Origin: the human T2T-CHM13v2.0 reference genome, Homo sapiens | Length of the DNA: 64,000 nt | Assembly (NCBI RefSeq): GCF_009914755.1 | Contig: NC_060936.1 | Reading direction: 5' to 3' (one strand) | Part shown: one piece after another, positions 47,293 to 62,836 of the stretch | Layout of the letters: every line of letters begins with the position of its first letter | Numbering within the stretch: the first letter of the stretch is position 1 | Made by a program: the position numbers and the translations under genes | Notes under the pieces: model-generated | The model's database searches: none | Seen by the model: only the letters and a program-made list of their open reading frames with translations | Told to the model about the DNA's origin: nothing

Positions 47293-49792
47293 GACAGACA
47301 TACTAAAGTGATAGTTGGGATCCTTTCCCATTGCTTCCTTAATACCCTGGCTAGTTTAACAAACCACAGTACTGATTATCTGGCAATTCAGATGTTGCAC
47401 AGTCAGCATCCTTCAGTGGAAAGGAATTTCTGAAGATAGACTCTGGAAGAGCAAGGGAAAGTAGCAGAGAATCTAATTTTTATGGGACTTGGGAGATAGA
47501 TGCTATATCCTGAAGATTTATCAGCAACTTGTTTCAACATGCCAGGAAAATTTCTTCAATGAAAGCATTTGTTTAAGCCAATTTTTCCATCATCATCTTA
47601 CATCTGTTTTAGCTAAAATTTATTTCTCTTAGTCTTCTTTGACAGAAGTGTCTGGGTTAAAGTTAACCTGCCATTTTAAAATGTAAGTTCTAGTTAAGTA
47701 AAAGAATTCTAGTTAAATATTAGGAAAGACTAAACAGACAATAAATTAATGATTGTTTAGGTGACAGGTGAGTGAAGTAGAAATTAATGGATCAGTCTGA
47801 AGCCTCGGAATTGTATATATGGCACTGGTCCAGGGAATGTCAAGTTGGGTAAATTTTGATCAGTAGTGAGCCACGACGTATTATTTTAAAACTGAGCCCT
47901 ATTTAATATTGTGGCAGGTGGAAATCAAGGGGGGACTTACTGGTTTTGAGTAATGCTCTGTTGTTACTGGGCGTGTTCCTAAGACGTTGAAGAGGCCAAT
48001 GCACAGTGCATGTTGATAGGAAGGATGGCGGGGCTCTCCCACCCAAAGGCTTGACAGCTGTAGAAAGGCTTGGGCTGCTTGGGGCAAACATTATGCAGAT
48101 CACCTACATGCAATGAAAAACAGGAATTGCTCCTGTGTATTGAAAAGGCTGGCTCCCTATCTTGTTGACCTGTCTCAGAATACAGAAACCAGACATACTT
48201 TTTAGGAGATTCAATTAAGGAAGTTTGTAATGAGGTTAATTGTTGAAGAGAATGTAATTTGTTTAGTTTAGTCATTCGTTGAACATTAATCAAAGACCAT
48301 GAAAACCAATTATCCTTATTTTTAATTAAAATTTTTCAACTTATAAATAGACTAATAAAATGAGTAAGTTGAATGTAACTAGATTTTTAGATGTATCTGG
48401 TGGGTAACCAGAGAATAACCAGCACAATTGGGTTGTAAGGAAAAAGTGATTAAAATAAGACTCCCCACTTGGAGCAAGATATTGTGCCTATTTCTAACCT
48501 GTCTCTATGGGCAAGAAGGGAATGGGGAGGAGGGTTGGATTCAGAAATGATGTCAATGGTGATAGCTAGGTAGTGGCTTAGTATTCAATGAAAGGATATT
48601 AAAATAACGTCTGGATTATCACCAATGCCACGCTTAGGATCAGACAGAATAAGCAGTAATTTCCTTTAGAAGGAATTCTAAAGCTAAGCTTGTTTGATTT
48701 GGATTTGGGTTCATGATTTATACCATGTGTTTAACCCACTCTGTGTTTGGCAGTGTGACTGGGATAACAACAACTGGAGGCACCCAGATCCTTTGTGATC
48801 AGTCTGGTCAAGTTATTCCTGAACTTCTGAAGACCTAGACCATAGCAGGTTATGAGTTTCAAGCAAAAGACAGCATTCATTCACTTATTCATTCAGTGAA
48901 TATTTAATCAATGTCTATGGGACAAAACATGGTTCTAGATCCTACAAAGGATGTAAAGATGAAATAAATTAGCATTCTGTTCTTGAGGACTGTAAGAAAC
49001 TTGGAGCCAGAAAGGAACATAAGGCACCTATAAAAATTATAGTACAATTGTTTTATGTTGTAGGAAAAAGGAAAATATGTTTGCTTATCACCTATGATGT
49101 GTCAGGCAAGGTGCTCTGTCATCTTGCATATGACATCTTGTCAGATCCTTGCAACAACACTGTGAGGTAGATTTTTGTAGAAACAGGCAAAAATCACAGT
49201 GAGGATGTATTATTAGGAAATATGGGTGCAAAGTCATGCAGTGCATGCAGTGTGGGCATATGAAGAAGAGTCGAAAATAAGTTCAGAAAGGTAAGTTGGG
49301 GGCAAGGATGTGAAGGCTTTTGGACACCAGTCAAGAAAGTTTGATGAGTTTTGTTCCTTGGTAAAGGGAGACTCATTTAAGTGTTTAGAGTCAGGAGTGA
49401 TCAGGGTTGTGCTTTAGAGAGCTGCAGCTGGAAGCCTGTAAAGACCAGACAGGCAAATGCTGTGGATTTGATGAGTAGGGTGAGCCTCTTCTGGTACCTG
49501 CATCCAAAGAAAGGGAGGTGTCCTCAAGCCTGCTCAGATTTGGGGATGGTGTAACTAAAGAGTCAGCTTGTTCTGTTACTGCAAAGGGCAGAAGTGAGAG
49601 TGTAAATTGTGGACAATCAATGCTTCAGACACAGAAAGACAAAATAGGTTTGGAATCAAATAGACCTTGGTTTCAATCCCAGTTCTGGGGGAATCTGGAG
49701 CAATTTACTTGTATAACCCTGGAGAGTGATTCCTCATGTCAAAATGATGCTAATAACACTTACCTTACAGGATGTTTGTGAGGATTAAATGA

Positions 49793-50259
<467 letters not shown>

Positions 50260-52377
50260 TGAAGAAGGGTTTCTTGCATTTTAATAGTGGTTGCATCAAA
50301 TGACTTTTAGGATCCATTTCAAGTTCTAATTGAGCAGGTGTTCTCCTGCTCTGCAGTGTCTCTTGCTCCCTACCCCGCAATAGTGATACTCTTTGGCAAA
50401 AAGTTACCAAAGGTAAGGTTAGTCATAGGAATAACTAGGCAGAAAATATCTAGACCTACAGAATAAATTAGCGTTGAAATCATAGGAATCATAAATGATC
50501 ATTTGCACTAAGCCAGCCAGGAGCCGGGATAGTGAGGAGTAAGTTCTGGCTACCTGCTCATCAGGCATCCTGTCTTGCTTCTGCTGCACTATCCTGATTT
50601 TTTTGGAGTTTCCCCAAGACACCCAGAGGCCAGTGATTTCAGTATGTTTATTTAAGGGTTACACTGTCTTCAAAAAATGAAGTATCATGGTGAAGCCTAA
50701 ATGTAGAGCAGATAAAAGAGCTGTAACTCTGGTTAAAGGGAGGTAGAAGGAGGCTGAAATCTCAACCATTGGTTCCTCCCTCACCCACTCTGTAACCTCT
50801 AGCTTGAATGTTACTGCTCCAGACCTGGCCCGTTTTCAGCCTTCCCTTTGAGTCTTTTGTTTTCTGGATTCTGGATGGCAGCTGTTATCACTCCAGCTGC
50901 AGAAAGGATGGGAGGCGACTTCCTGTTTTTCTATCCTGCCATCTCTGTGGGGGTGGGACATTCCCTCCCCCATCTCCTGTGGCTGGCTGTAGTTTTGGAA
51001 AAATGTGAGCCTGGCTGCAGCCGTCCTGACTAGGGCTGGAGGAATGGCTGGTAGCCACCCAGCCTCCGTTTGAAGGCATCTGGGAGCAAGGCAGGCAACA
51101 GACACTGATGGACAAGTTGTGTCCCTGACTGTGGGACAGGGAAGGGTCAGTAGTTAATTAAGAGACAGGTGAAGTAGTTGGTCCAGAAGTGATCTGAGGA
51201 AGTTAAGGGTGTTGAACGAACGGTGGGTAGGGGTGTGGGAGAACAGAAGGGCTCTGGCCCTTCTGGCATAAAAAGAGAGAAAGAGAGAGGAAAAAAAGAA
51301 CAAGAAGAAACAGTTAAAGTTTTTGTCTGAGAGATTATTTGGGGATAGACTGCATTTAAAGAATGGAAGAGAATAGAAATGATACAATGATCTATTTTCT
51401 CATGCCCTATATTTTTATTGAGCCTTTTCCTTGAATTGGGTATAAGGAATATAAAGAGGTCCTATAAGCAAGATGCTTGCTCTTCAGAGTTTGGGAAGGC
51501 AGGAAAGGCATTTAACTGGACATGTATAACCACATGTTTACACATCTGTACAATCTCAATCCTTATAACAACCTTTAACATAGGTATTGTCAGCCCTATT
51601 TTAAAGAGGAGGTAACTGAGATTCGGGATGGATGTTTTAGTGACTTGCCCAAAGTTACCCAATAGCTAAGTGGCAGAGCCAGGCCAAGAACCTTGAGTCC
51701 TTTTCTCTGTCCACTGTAACACACAGCTAAGTCTTGGCAGAGGACAAGGACTTTAATTTAATTAGGCTTTGAGAGAAGGGTGGGACTTAACCCACAGAGG
51801 AGTGGGGATTTCGGTTAGGCTGAAAGGTGAGAACGAAGCAGGGATCTGTGAGTAGACCTGTTTGACTACAGAGAGGGTTTCCTGGGAGCGAAGTGGGAGA
51901 TAAGCTGGGAAAGGTAAGAAGCAGGATAAGAGAGAGTTTTAAATGGCTAGATAAGAATTGCAGGGAAAGGGGGACCTGATTTAGAGGGGAAGATGTTGAT
52001 GACAAAACCAAACATTTTAGAAAACTCATCGGTAGTGAGTGGTACAGAGAAATAATTAGAACTGGGGGAAACTGGAGTCAGAAATTCAAGTCAGGAGTTT
52101 GGAATACTGCAGGTCTGACAAGCAACAAGATGGTAATTATATAAAGTAGGTCTGTGAGAGCAGTGGCCCAAGCCTGTGGATTTCTTGTAGCATTCTATTG
52201 TTTGAAAAAGTATAAATTATGGACACTCAATACTTGAGATATAGAAAGAAAATCAATGGCTTTGGAGTCAAATAGACCTCGGTTTCAATCCAAGTTCTAG
52301 CTGATTTGGAGAAATTTACTTACATAACTTTGCTGAGCCTTTGATTCCTTACGTTAAAATAGGGCTAGTAACACTCA

Positions 52378-52792
<415 letters not shown>

Positions 52793-53429
52793 AAGTTATT
52801 AATTCACTATATTTTTAGAAGATGGTGGGTTATATGCTACCTATATCTCATACAAATAAAGCTGCTTTTCACCATTCAGGTCTGCCTGTAAGCAGCATCT
52901 GCCTTGAAAGAACCATTTTCTGAGAATCTTTTTCTTCTGTCAGCCAAGGGGATTATACCGCATGATATCTGTCAAGGATAAACGTTAGTTAATTCTTAAT
53001 TGAGAGCTCAGCCACTACAATTGGTTCCATTCTACAGTAATTATTCTCATGTGGTTTGTGGAACTCAATTGTGAGGTCCCTCCTTCCTCCACCCTTTTCA
53101 GTGTGTGCATTGAAACAGCAGCCTTAAGGTCTTTAAACGGGGAAATACATTTTTCTTGCTTCAGAGATTCAATTTTACTTGCCCGAGAAGCTTGTGTGGT
53201 GTGATTTTCATCGCTAAAAGCAACAGCAGCCACATGGCTGACAACACCACCACTTAACAATTCAAAGCTCGGTCACCGTTTTCAGGAGTCTCTTCCAAAT
53301 CTTTCTGAAGTGCTTTTGAAGTTCTACATTCCCCGTCTAAGGGAACACCCAGCAGTCCCAGGATAAAAGGGCAGAAGGGTGAGCTGACGTTTTCCTTTAT
53401 TTGCATGGCTTAAAGCTAGCCATTTTCTA

Positions 53430-54140
53430 CACCACGCGCCGCCGGGCTTGTACATGCCCGTGTGCCTGTGACACCGAGGCAATTGTTTCTCCTTAAAAAG
53501 GGGGTTCGCGTGGGTTAGTTTCGTTTCTGATCTGGAATCTCAGTAACTACAACAAGAAAAGTTTAAAACTCGACCCGCCAGGTTCTTCCCCATCGGATTA
53601 TCTCCGTTCCTTAGAGATAGCAGGAAGGGCAGCATTTTCTTCCATCCACCCACTTCCAGCCCTAGTCTGGCTCAGCGAGGAATGCATAAAATTAGTGGAC
53701 TCCTCTGAGTGACGTTCCCCGGCTCCAATCAGCGGGCGCGCAGGCGCCCCCGGCCCCGCCCCACTGCTGACTCTCTTTGGCTGATTCCTGCAGGGAGGGA
53801 GGAGAGAAGGGCGGCAGTGGGAGGGGGAGGTACCTGGAACTGGGAGTGATGTCAGCTCCCAGCTCGGTGCCTGCCCGGATTCCTGACATGGTGTAGTGCA
53901 GGCAGGGTGGGGAAAGGACGGGGAAGGACTCGTGTGCTGCGAGCTGGCGGCCGGGCCGGAGTGCTGGGGCTTTGAACTCCGAGAGGAGGTGGACCAGAAC
54001 TTTTGGAACTAGTGCCGGCGGCTCTCCACCCCCCAGGTAAGGGCGTTTTGCTCCACTCCCAGACGGGAGGGAAGTGGCACCGTTGTGTGGCTGCAGCTGG
54101 CTGTTGCAGCTGCTCCTCCTCTTCCCCGGGTCGATTTCCT
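53430..54140 (+). promoter_or_regulatory. CpG-rich promoter: CRE-like TGACGT 53710-53715, CCAAT 53725-53729, GC box CCCCGCCCC 53754-53762
   Basis: The only CpG-dense non-Alu region in the window; TATA-less CCAAT/GC-box arrangement. Confidence 0.8.
53790..54036 (+). other. PPFIBP1: Non-coding first exon (5'UTR) of PPFIBP1 (liprin-beta-1); TSS approximate, donor at 54036/54037
   Basis: GC-rich exon downstream of CCAAT/GC boxes, ending CAG|gtaagg. Recognised from memory of the PPFIBP1 5'UTR and its position next to SMCO2. No coding exon seen in the rest of the window. Confidence 0.75.
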
Positions 54141-55099
54141 TGTGCAACTCACTCCTGTTTCCCAATGGGAACGGGCACTTTTTGGGGGTGGTGGGGGTGG
54201 AGGGGTAGGGCTTAACTCCTGGGGCTTGGACCGAGCTTGTACGTGAAGAATACTCCAGGATTGGACGTTTAGGTCTTGTCTGTATCCTTAGACCCCCACA
54301 CCCTAGGCTCCCGGTAATACCTGAGAACCCCAACCAGAGGGGCGTGTGTGTCTCTCTGTCTGTGTGTATTGAGGCATTTAAAAATGCCACAAAAAATTAT
54401 GGATCATCGACTCAAAAATTATGCTCGTTGAAAAGAAAAAAAAGTTTTGTATTTTTTTGTCTCCTTGTGGCCTATTATATATTAAAAGAATATCAATGTT
54501 AGTCTTATATATCAATGTAAAATATCCTTTTGTGTAATCCAGTCAGGATGTGAGAAATTCACTTGGGGTGTTTATTAATTATGAGCTTGCGGGAAAACTC
54601 GTCTCTTGGGGGCACACTTCTAAAACTGCAACTAGTATTCACTCATTTTAACCGAGAAATCCCTTCAGCTGCCAGCTTTATATCTGGAGAGGTTAGGATG
54701 GCTGCTGAGAATCTTCAGATCTGTTTCCTGTGGCTGCTTGAGGGGCGAGCTGGTAGTTGTGTTTTCAGGGATCTTTTTTAGAGAAGGGAGTTTTAACAGG
54801 GAAACGCGGTGGAAGGCGTGGCATATAAACTCTTAATTATAGGGACGTGAAGTTTTCAACATGTGGGACCAAAACAAATCCTTGCTTTCAGTAAGAACTG
54901 CGGAGAGCAATAGAAAAAGAACTTGATTTCAAAGTCCAAGTTTGGTATTTTGAGAAAGCAATTGCGGGAGGAAAAAGATACTTTTAAGAAGTGAAAGAAT
55001 AGAATTCTGATTTTTGTTTATTTCCTATTTCAAACCCTGTCTTTTTCCTATGTGGAGATTTTGTGTGCCCAGGTCACTAACTGGGTGTGATTGACTTTC

Positions 55100-55330
55100 T
55101 CGAGGGGGCGGGGAAATTGACTCCATACACCGATTCAGGACCCTCTCATCAGTGCTTTAAGGCTCTCTTCTGGAGCAGGAAGGAAAAAAAAAAAAAAAAA
55201 AAAAAGTAAGCGCTGAGACTCCTGAGTCAAGTTTCCCCTTTCCTTCACCGAAGTTCCTCCTCAGCAGTGAGGATCCTACTGTTGCCAGGTCTGGAGGAAA
55301 TGGGAGTGGACTTCATTGTGAGTCAAAATC
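55100..55330. promoter_or_regulatory. Putative intronic enhancer: GC box, two AP-1 TGAGTCA sites (55223-55229, 55319-55325), A22 tract
   Basis: Motifs read directly in unique sequence about 1.1-1.3 kb into intron 1. Confidence 0.35.
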
Positions 55331-56220
55331 CGTATCCCAGGCCCCTGAAGGGAAAAGGCATTTCCAGGAGATGGAGAAAGAAAGAAGCCACAACAGTAGG
55401 TCTAGTAAACCCAAGTCAGGAAAAGGGATAGAGGACTATAGATGGGGTTCTCTATCTTTCTAGCCAAATGATCATTAGGTTTCAGAACTAGAAAGAAGTG
55501 TTTGGTTGTGCTGTTGTTTATGACATACCTGGGTCTGTATTGTTGTTAGTTCCTGAAAAAATTAAATAGAGTGGATAAAATAGCAGGCTTTTTGAGAAAG
55601 GAAAATTCGCTTTATTGGAAAGACAACATTTTAATTTTGGTTTGTATTTTGGCTTAAGACACAGAAATTGCAAATGGCTCTGCAATAATGGTGAACAAGT
55701 CTTTTCTATTTATGTTCTATGGGGAGTACATAAAACATACTGTATTTTCCAGTGTACTTTTTCAGTAGGATAGAGCTGTGGAGTGGAGTTCCTGTGGGCT
55801 AATGTGAACTCACGGTAGTGTTCCTTGGCTGATAGTGTTCCAACTGCATTTGTAATACCAAAAGATGGGGCTGCAAAAGCCAGACGGTTCAGTAAAGAAG
55901 AGTATCTTTAGGATGTTATCCTTATGTGCCAAATTCAGATTTACACTTTCTTTCCAAGAAACTAGTCCTAGTTTAGGGACTTGAATATACCAAAACTCTA
56001 AATTTGATTCACAGTTTGAATAATAGCAGTAATTTTACATACTTAATTTAAACCAATATTTCTCTTTCTCAGTCCATGTTTATGAGGCAGATATGGTGTA
56101 GGAAAACACGGAATACTTAAAAGATGTTTGAGTTATTGAGAAAGGTAGGATCAGTTTTTGGTTAAATTCCTGTGACCAACAACTGTCATATTTCCAAGAG
56201 CAACTTTAAAAATTAAGGTC

Positions 56221-56523
<303 letters not shown>

Positions 56524-56911
56524 AAAAATTAAGGTCATCTGGCCTTAATGGATAAATGTTGATTTGAAATCCAGGACACACTGAAGTTCCAGATCAATAG
56601 TGCCTAATTTCAAGGGCATCACTGACATTTTTTTGGGAACAAGTTCACCGAGGGACAGTTAATTAACTGTTTATGTAGTCTTTTTGTAGCTCCCTGTTCC
56701 ACCGTGAGATAAATCAGAACAAGGTCATTTTTCCCCTCAGTTACTGACTAGCTGACTTCTTTTAAAACCTTTCCTATTCATAAAATATTTGTATAAGTAA
56801 ATTTAGATTATGTTGATAATTTGTTACATTAAAATTAACTTTTCGTTTATATCCCAAACCAGCATAATTTTCAAACTGTTAACTGAAAGAAGACCTCATT
56901 CAGCACTCTGT

Positions 56912-57212
56912 CTTTTCTTTTTTCTTTTTTTTTTTGAGACAGGGTCTCGCTCTGCCGCCCTGGATGGAGTGCAGTGGTGCAGTCTCGGCTCACTGTAGCC
57001 TCTGCCTCCCAGGTTCAAATGATCCTCCCACCTCAGCCTTCCCTGGGACTACAGTCATGCACCAACATGCCCGGTTAATTTTTGTATTTTTAGTAGAGGC
57101 GGGTTCTCACCATGTTGCTCAGGCTGGTCTTGAACTCCTGGGCTCAAGCAGTCGACCCACCTTGACCTCCCAAAGTGCTAGGATTACATGAGTGAGCCCT
57201 GGGTGCCCAGCC
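56912..57212 (-). mobile_element. AluJ
   Basis: Antisense dimer; TSD ctgtcttttc. Confidence 0.9.
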
Positions 57213-57610
57213 TGTCTTTTCAAAGATGTTATTACGTGTCTCTGGCCTAGTTTGAATTACCTTTTCAAAACGATGAAGGAGTGAATTAATGAATGCATAT
57301 TCATTCATGTTTGGGTCTGTGTCTTGATTCTTTATTAAAGAAACGTCGCTTCAAGGCGAAAACATAGGCAAGAAATGTTGCGTAATGACGTTTTTATTTT
57401 CAGAGATTTCCTTAGAAAGTCATATTAGCTCCAAAATTAAGAAAAAAAAAAATCACAGTTGAGCAGCCAGTTGTGAAATCTTTCAGGGAGCCATAATCAT
57501 AACTATCATGATTATTTTGTTATTTTTAACCGTGGCCAAACAGATGGATTTAAATATGCGAGTCAAAGCTGTTAGGGTTACTGTCTCATTTTGATGCAGG
57601 GTATTCTTTG

Positions 57611-57916
57611 CTTTTTTGTTTGTTTGTTTGTTTTTGAGACAGAGTCGCTCTCTGTTGCCCGGGCTGGAGTGCAGTGGCGTGATCTTGCCTCGCTGCAACC
57701 TCCACTTCCCGGGTTCAAATGATTCTCATGCCTCAGGGTCCCAGTTAGCTAGGATTACAGGTGTATACCACAACGCCTGGCTAATTTTTGTATTTTTAGT
57801 AGAGACGGGGTTTCACCATGTTAGCCAGGCTGGTCTCGAACTCCTGACCTCAGGTGATCTGTCTGCCTCAGCCTCCCAAAGTGCTGGGATTATAGGAGTG
57901 AGCCACCACGCCTGGT
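57611..57916 (-). mobile_element. AluS, TSD atgcagggtattctttg
   Basis: TSD at 57594-57610 and 57918-57934. Confidence 0.92.
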
Positions 57917-59080
57917 TATGCAGGGTATTCTTTGTGAATAAAGGGAACAAAATGTCTTCTGGCCAGCATTTTCTGTTCAACCAAAGGTGGATAACTTCAC
58001 AATTAAATCAGTTATCAAACTGTCCAAAAACTGCTCTGGGCTCTTGTAATTCAGTGCATCAGTAGTGTGTTATGTCAGTTATTTTTCAAATTTATTGCAG
58101 TGCACGTCAGAACCTTCTTCCTAGTAAAAAACAAAACAAAACCCTACAGCTTTTGTCATATATGTCACTGCCGCAAAAATTGATGCTGCGTTAAATGGAG
58201 CTCATAAATTTAAAACTAAACTGAATTATTCCACCCTACAAAATACATAGAATCTTTCTTTTACACCCTTCATTTTAGATATAATAATTACTGATGCTCA
58301 ATTGGTGTTCAGTGATAATGTTTCCAGAAGCCAAGTGGTGAGCATTTTTTTTCCACTTCAAAAAAAAACCTAACATACCAGACAACTGGATTTTAGATAA
58401 AAGAAATATGGGTTCTTCTAGGAGTTTTAAGTTTACGCACTTTTTAGGCAGTTTGGGGGAGGAGGAGAGAGAACCTGAGGTAAATACGTACCAGTCTAAA
58501 CCCACTGGAGAGTGTCTATTTCTGAAAGGTGGGTTTGGACTCTGAGTGGTCCAAGTGGATGTGTTGTCACAGTTTGTGAGTGCTCTTTGGTTATGCTTCT
58601 CCCTGGAACTTGATGGGACTCACATTTTGACTGGCCCACACACACATCCTTGTTTTTGTTGGCAAGTGTAATGAGTTCAGAATAGAAAGATCATGTAGTG
58701 GTTTTATGTACAGGGATGCACCTAACAATGTCCATGCCTGAAGGAATTGTATAAACTCAAATTGCACTGAGTATCCGTCATTCTGGCCAAGGGTCATGTC
58801 TTAAATATGGATCATGTAGGAGGAAGATCAAGTACCACCATCACGTTTGGGGCTGGCCCTAGATTTTATGGACACCCTCTGGACTCCACAATAGGCCTGG
58901 ATATTTTCACCTCTCCTTTAATTTAGGGAAATTATTCATTTGACATGAAAAGACAAGTTCAGAAGAGTAGGTATGCTCATTCTTAGTGTGTCTTTGTTAA
59001 GAGGTGAAACTCCATTTCACCTGGTGAAAGAGGTACTAAGGCTTTTTTCAGTGGCAAGTCTATTCCTAAAGAAGTGGCCA

Positions 59081-59391
<311 letters not shown>

Positions 59392-60244
59392 TTAATTTTT
59401 CCTTTTAGCAATAATAGCTGAACTCTTAAGAAGTGGCCAGATTCTTCAGGCCAGCAAGGTAGTTTTGGGGAAGAACTAGGTAGGCCCATTGGGAAGAGTG
59501 TGGACTCTTTTATGGTATGCAGTAATACTGTACCATATCACTAAATGTACCTGTGTTTTCTTGTATTTCCGTGCCTAGGATCAAGCTCACTGATGTCCTT
59601 TTGCTGGCACTTTGTTATCCTTCTCTTCATCCATAGTACTCTACACAAATATTATCTTACTACCACAGAATTGCAAAAGTTTTTCATGAGGAAAGTTTAT
59701 TGTATTTACTTTATTTAGAAAAAATGAAAACAAGGTTGAAACTCTGTGGTCTACTTTTTTCATCTAGTGACTTGACAGGGCGGCTGCTATTGCATAAAGA
59801 ATGCCTTTGCAACCGTTATCTTTTTCTAAAGATGCTGCCTCTTATAACAACACAGTATAGAATTTTCTTTTGTTTGCATTGGAATTTGAATACATCTACT
59901 TTTTCTTGTGAATGATGGAAGAGTCGAATGAACCTGTGGGTTCTCGAAATTAACTCTGGGAAGTGAGAGGGTGGAAGGGAAACAGTGACGACTCACAGGA
60001 GACACACTGGTTGAACCTGTGATCTTGCCAGGGCCATTTGTGTGAAGTCACCTGAATCTCGGTGTTTTTCCTCTGGATCAGCTGCCTGGATGGTTTTGTC
60101 AAACTTTCAGATCCTTCCATCCTCCACCCCCATCAATGTGTGAGTTTGCATAACTGAGAAAGCTACTAAACACAGAATTAAGTTTCTTTTATTGTTTTTC
60201 TCTACTAAGGGAATTTGATTCTCTAGGATGACTTGCACTTCATG

Positions 60245-60722
60245 TGGGAAAGACACAGCTGGATGCCCAACTGATATCCATTCCCCCCTCCTTTTCTGTA
60301 ACTGAACCCATTTTGTTTAATTCACCACTATGTCCAGTTAAGTGCTAGATTTCCCAGAATCCCTTGCAGCTGGGAGGTGGTTCAGTGACAGTAGTCCTGG
60401 CTGATGAGATGTAAATAGCTGGATGCCCCGTTCCCCAAAGCTCTTAAAAGGGGAAGCCTCTGTGAGCTTGCCTGTTAAGCCTTTTGCTCTTTGTACTTCT
60501 TCCCTGGAGAAAGTAAGCAGGCCATCGCGTGACCAAAGACAAGATGCTTGAAGGTTAAGGATGAGTGGGTGGAAGGTTAGAAGGAGGCTGAGAAGCTGAT
60601 AGCATTCTGCAACTGCTCTACTGGACCCATTTCTTGACTCTGTGAGAAAAATAAAATCTCTACTTGGTTAAACCACAGAACTTGGGTCAGTTACTTGCAG
60701 CCAAATGTGATCTTAACTGAGT
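60245..60722 (+). mobile_element. Old ERVL LTR (LTR33-like)
   Basis: atttcccagaatcccttgcagct...tgtgagaaaaataaa...gttacttgcagccaaa. Confidence 0.55.
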
Positions 60723-60964
60723 CTAGATGTCTAAAAATCATAGTTCATCTTTTCTTTAAAAATAAAAACGTGTTATTTTGTACGAGAAAAACAGGACTTT
60801 GGAGCCATGCAGATCCTCAACTTGAATCCTGGCTTTGCTATTTATTACAGTCTAATATTGGCAAGTAACTTAACCTCTCTGGGTCTCAGCTTTCTCATCT
60901 ATAAAATGGTAGCTCTGATATATGTGCCATAGCATTTTTTGAAGGATTAGAAATAATTAGAAAT

Positions 60965-61358
<394 letters not shown>

Positions 61359-62681
61359 TAGTGGGGAGTCTGAAAGGGGGAGGCAAAGAATTCAGCTCTT
61401 TCTCCTAGAAGGTTCTCGGTAGGTTTATAGCTACAATCCCTTGACTCCATCTACTTGGCATTTATTCCGCCTCCTGTCTCTTATCCTCATTCCCACCTGC
61501 CCACACCAGACTACTTGGAACTCTTCTGTTTTCCAGCTTTGGTTTATAAGGATGTCCTTATAAAAATTTTATTAACTATAGCATAGGGATGAAGGGCGGG
61601 GACTCCAGAGTCAGACAGATGTGGATTAGAATCCCCTGTTGTTACTAGCTGTGTGATTTTGGTTAAGTCTTCTGTGAAATGGGAATAATTGGGTGGTTAT
61701 GAAGATTACATCTGATAATGTATGTGAAGCACTAACAGCTGGTTTCTTGGCACACGACATGCACTGCTTTGATGACAGATATTGTTGTTACTATTTCATT
61801 AAGCACGTGTTAAGCAATTCCCAGCCTTGGTACAAGATCCTCTTGGAGACGGAAAGACAAACAAAACATGATCTTTACCTTAAGAGTATTCACATACAGG
61901 AGATGGGGGCAGAAAGAGATGGCACACCTTATTCATAACTGTAATAAAATGCAGATTTAGAATACTGTTTAGCTGTTAAAAAGATTGAATATACTGACTT
62001 GTACAGATGTCTATTATATATATTTTAAGAAGTAAAAAACCAAGCACACGTGTATGGTTTACATTTGTCAGTGCATGAAAAACTGCCAAGTGGGATGGCT
62101 TATGGGAGTTGGGATGAAGGGAACTTTGTATTTTTTTTTTTTTTTACAGTATATTACATCTATATTACATTACTCGAGAAATACAAAATATGTTAAAATT
62201 TTAAACATCTATTTATTGGTCCTTTTGGAGGTTGGTTGGGGAAGAGCATTCTGTGAACTAGACTAGTCACCAGAGCAAAGGAAGAGACTGGGTTTCTTGA
62301 GGTTTCATTAGAAGAGGTGGGATTTGACTGGGTCTTAAAGGGTGGGGAGGAGATTTTGAGGAGGCAGTGGGGACAGATGAGCATACTTGGGTTTGGAGCA
62401 AAATGTAGAATAGAGTGAGATTCGATTTAGAGAAAAGAGAGAACAATATTGTTTGAAAAGACGTAAGCTATATTGGGGCAAATCTTACAGGGTTTTAAAG
62501 AGAGTGACAAGATTGTACCTTAAAACAGGATGTTTTTAAGAAAAGAAGAAGTAAGGGAACTATTGTTTTATAAAAATGACTCTGGAAATAGCAGATTGGG
62601 TATTTCTAGTGGGTATATGGGCAAGGGGAGGGAGAAGGACAGAACACCCTAAATCAAGAATGGCCCGTATACAAAAGTTAA

Positions 62682-62836
62682 TTTTCTTTTAAAGATGATG
62701 TCTTGCTATGTTGCCCAGGCTGGAGAGCAGTGGCTATTCACAGTTGTGATCATTGTGCACTCATGGGCTCAAGCAATCCTTCTGACTCAGCCTCCCGAGT
62801 AGCTGGAACTACAGGGACATGCCTCCATGCCTGGCT
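62682..62836 (-). mobile_element. Alu monomer (FAM/FRAM-like)
   Basis: tcttgctatgttgcccaggctggag...agtggctattcacag. Confidence 0.75.

Noticed and set aside
53692-54390. 232-aa minus-strand ORF, the longest in the track
   Set aside because: Overlies the GC-rich promoter where stops are rare; Pro/Ser/Gly-rich with no recognisable domain.
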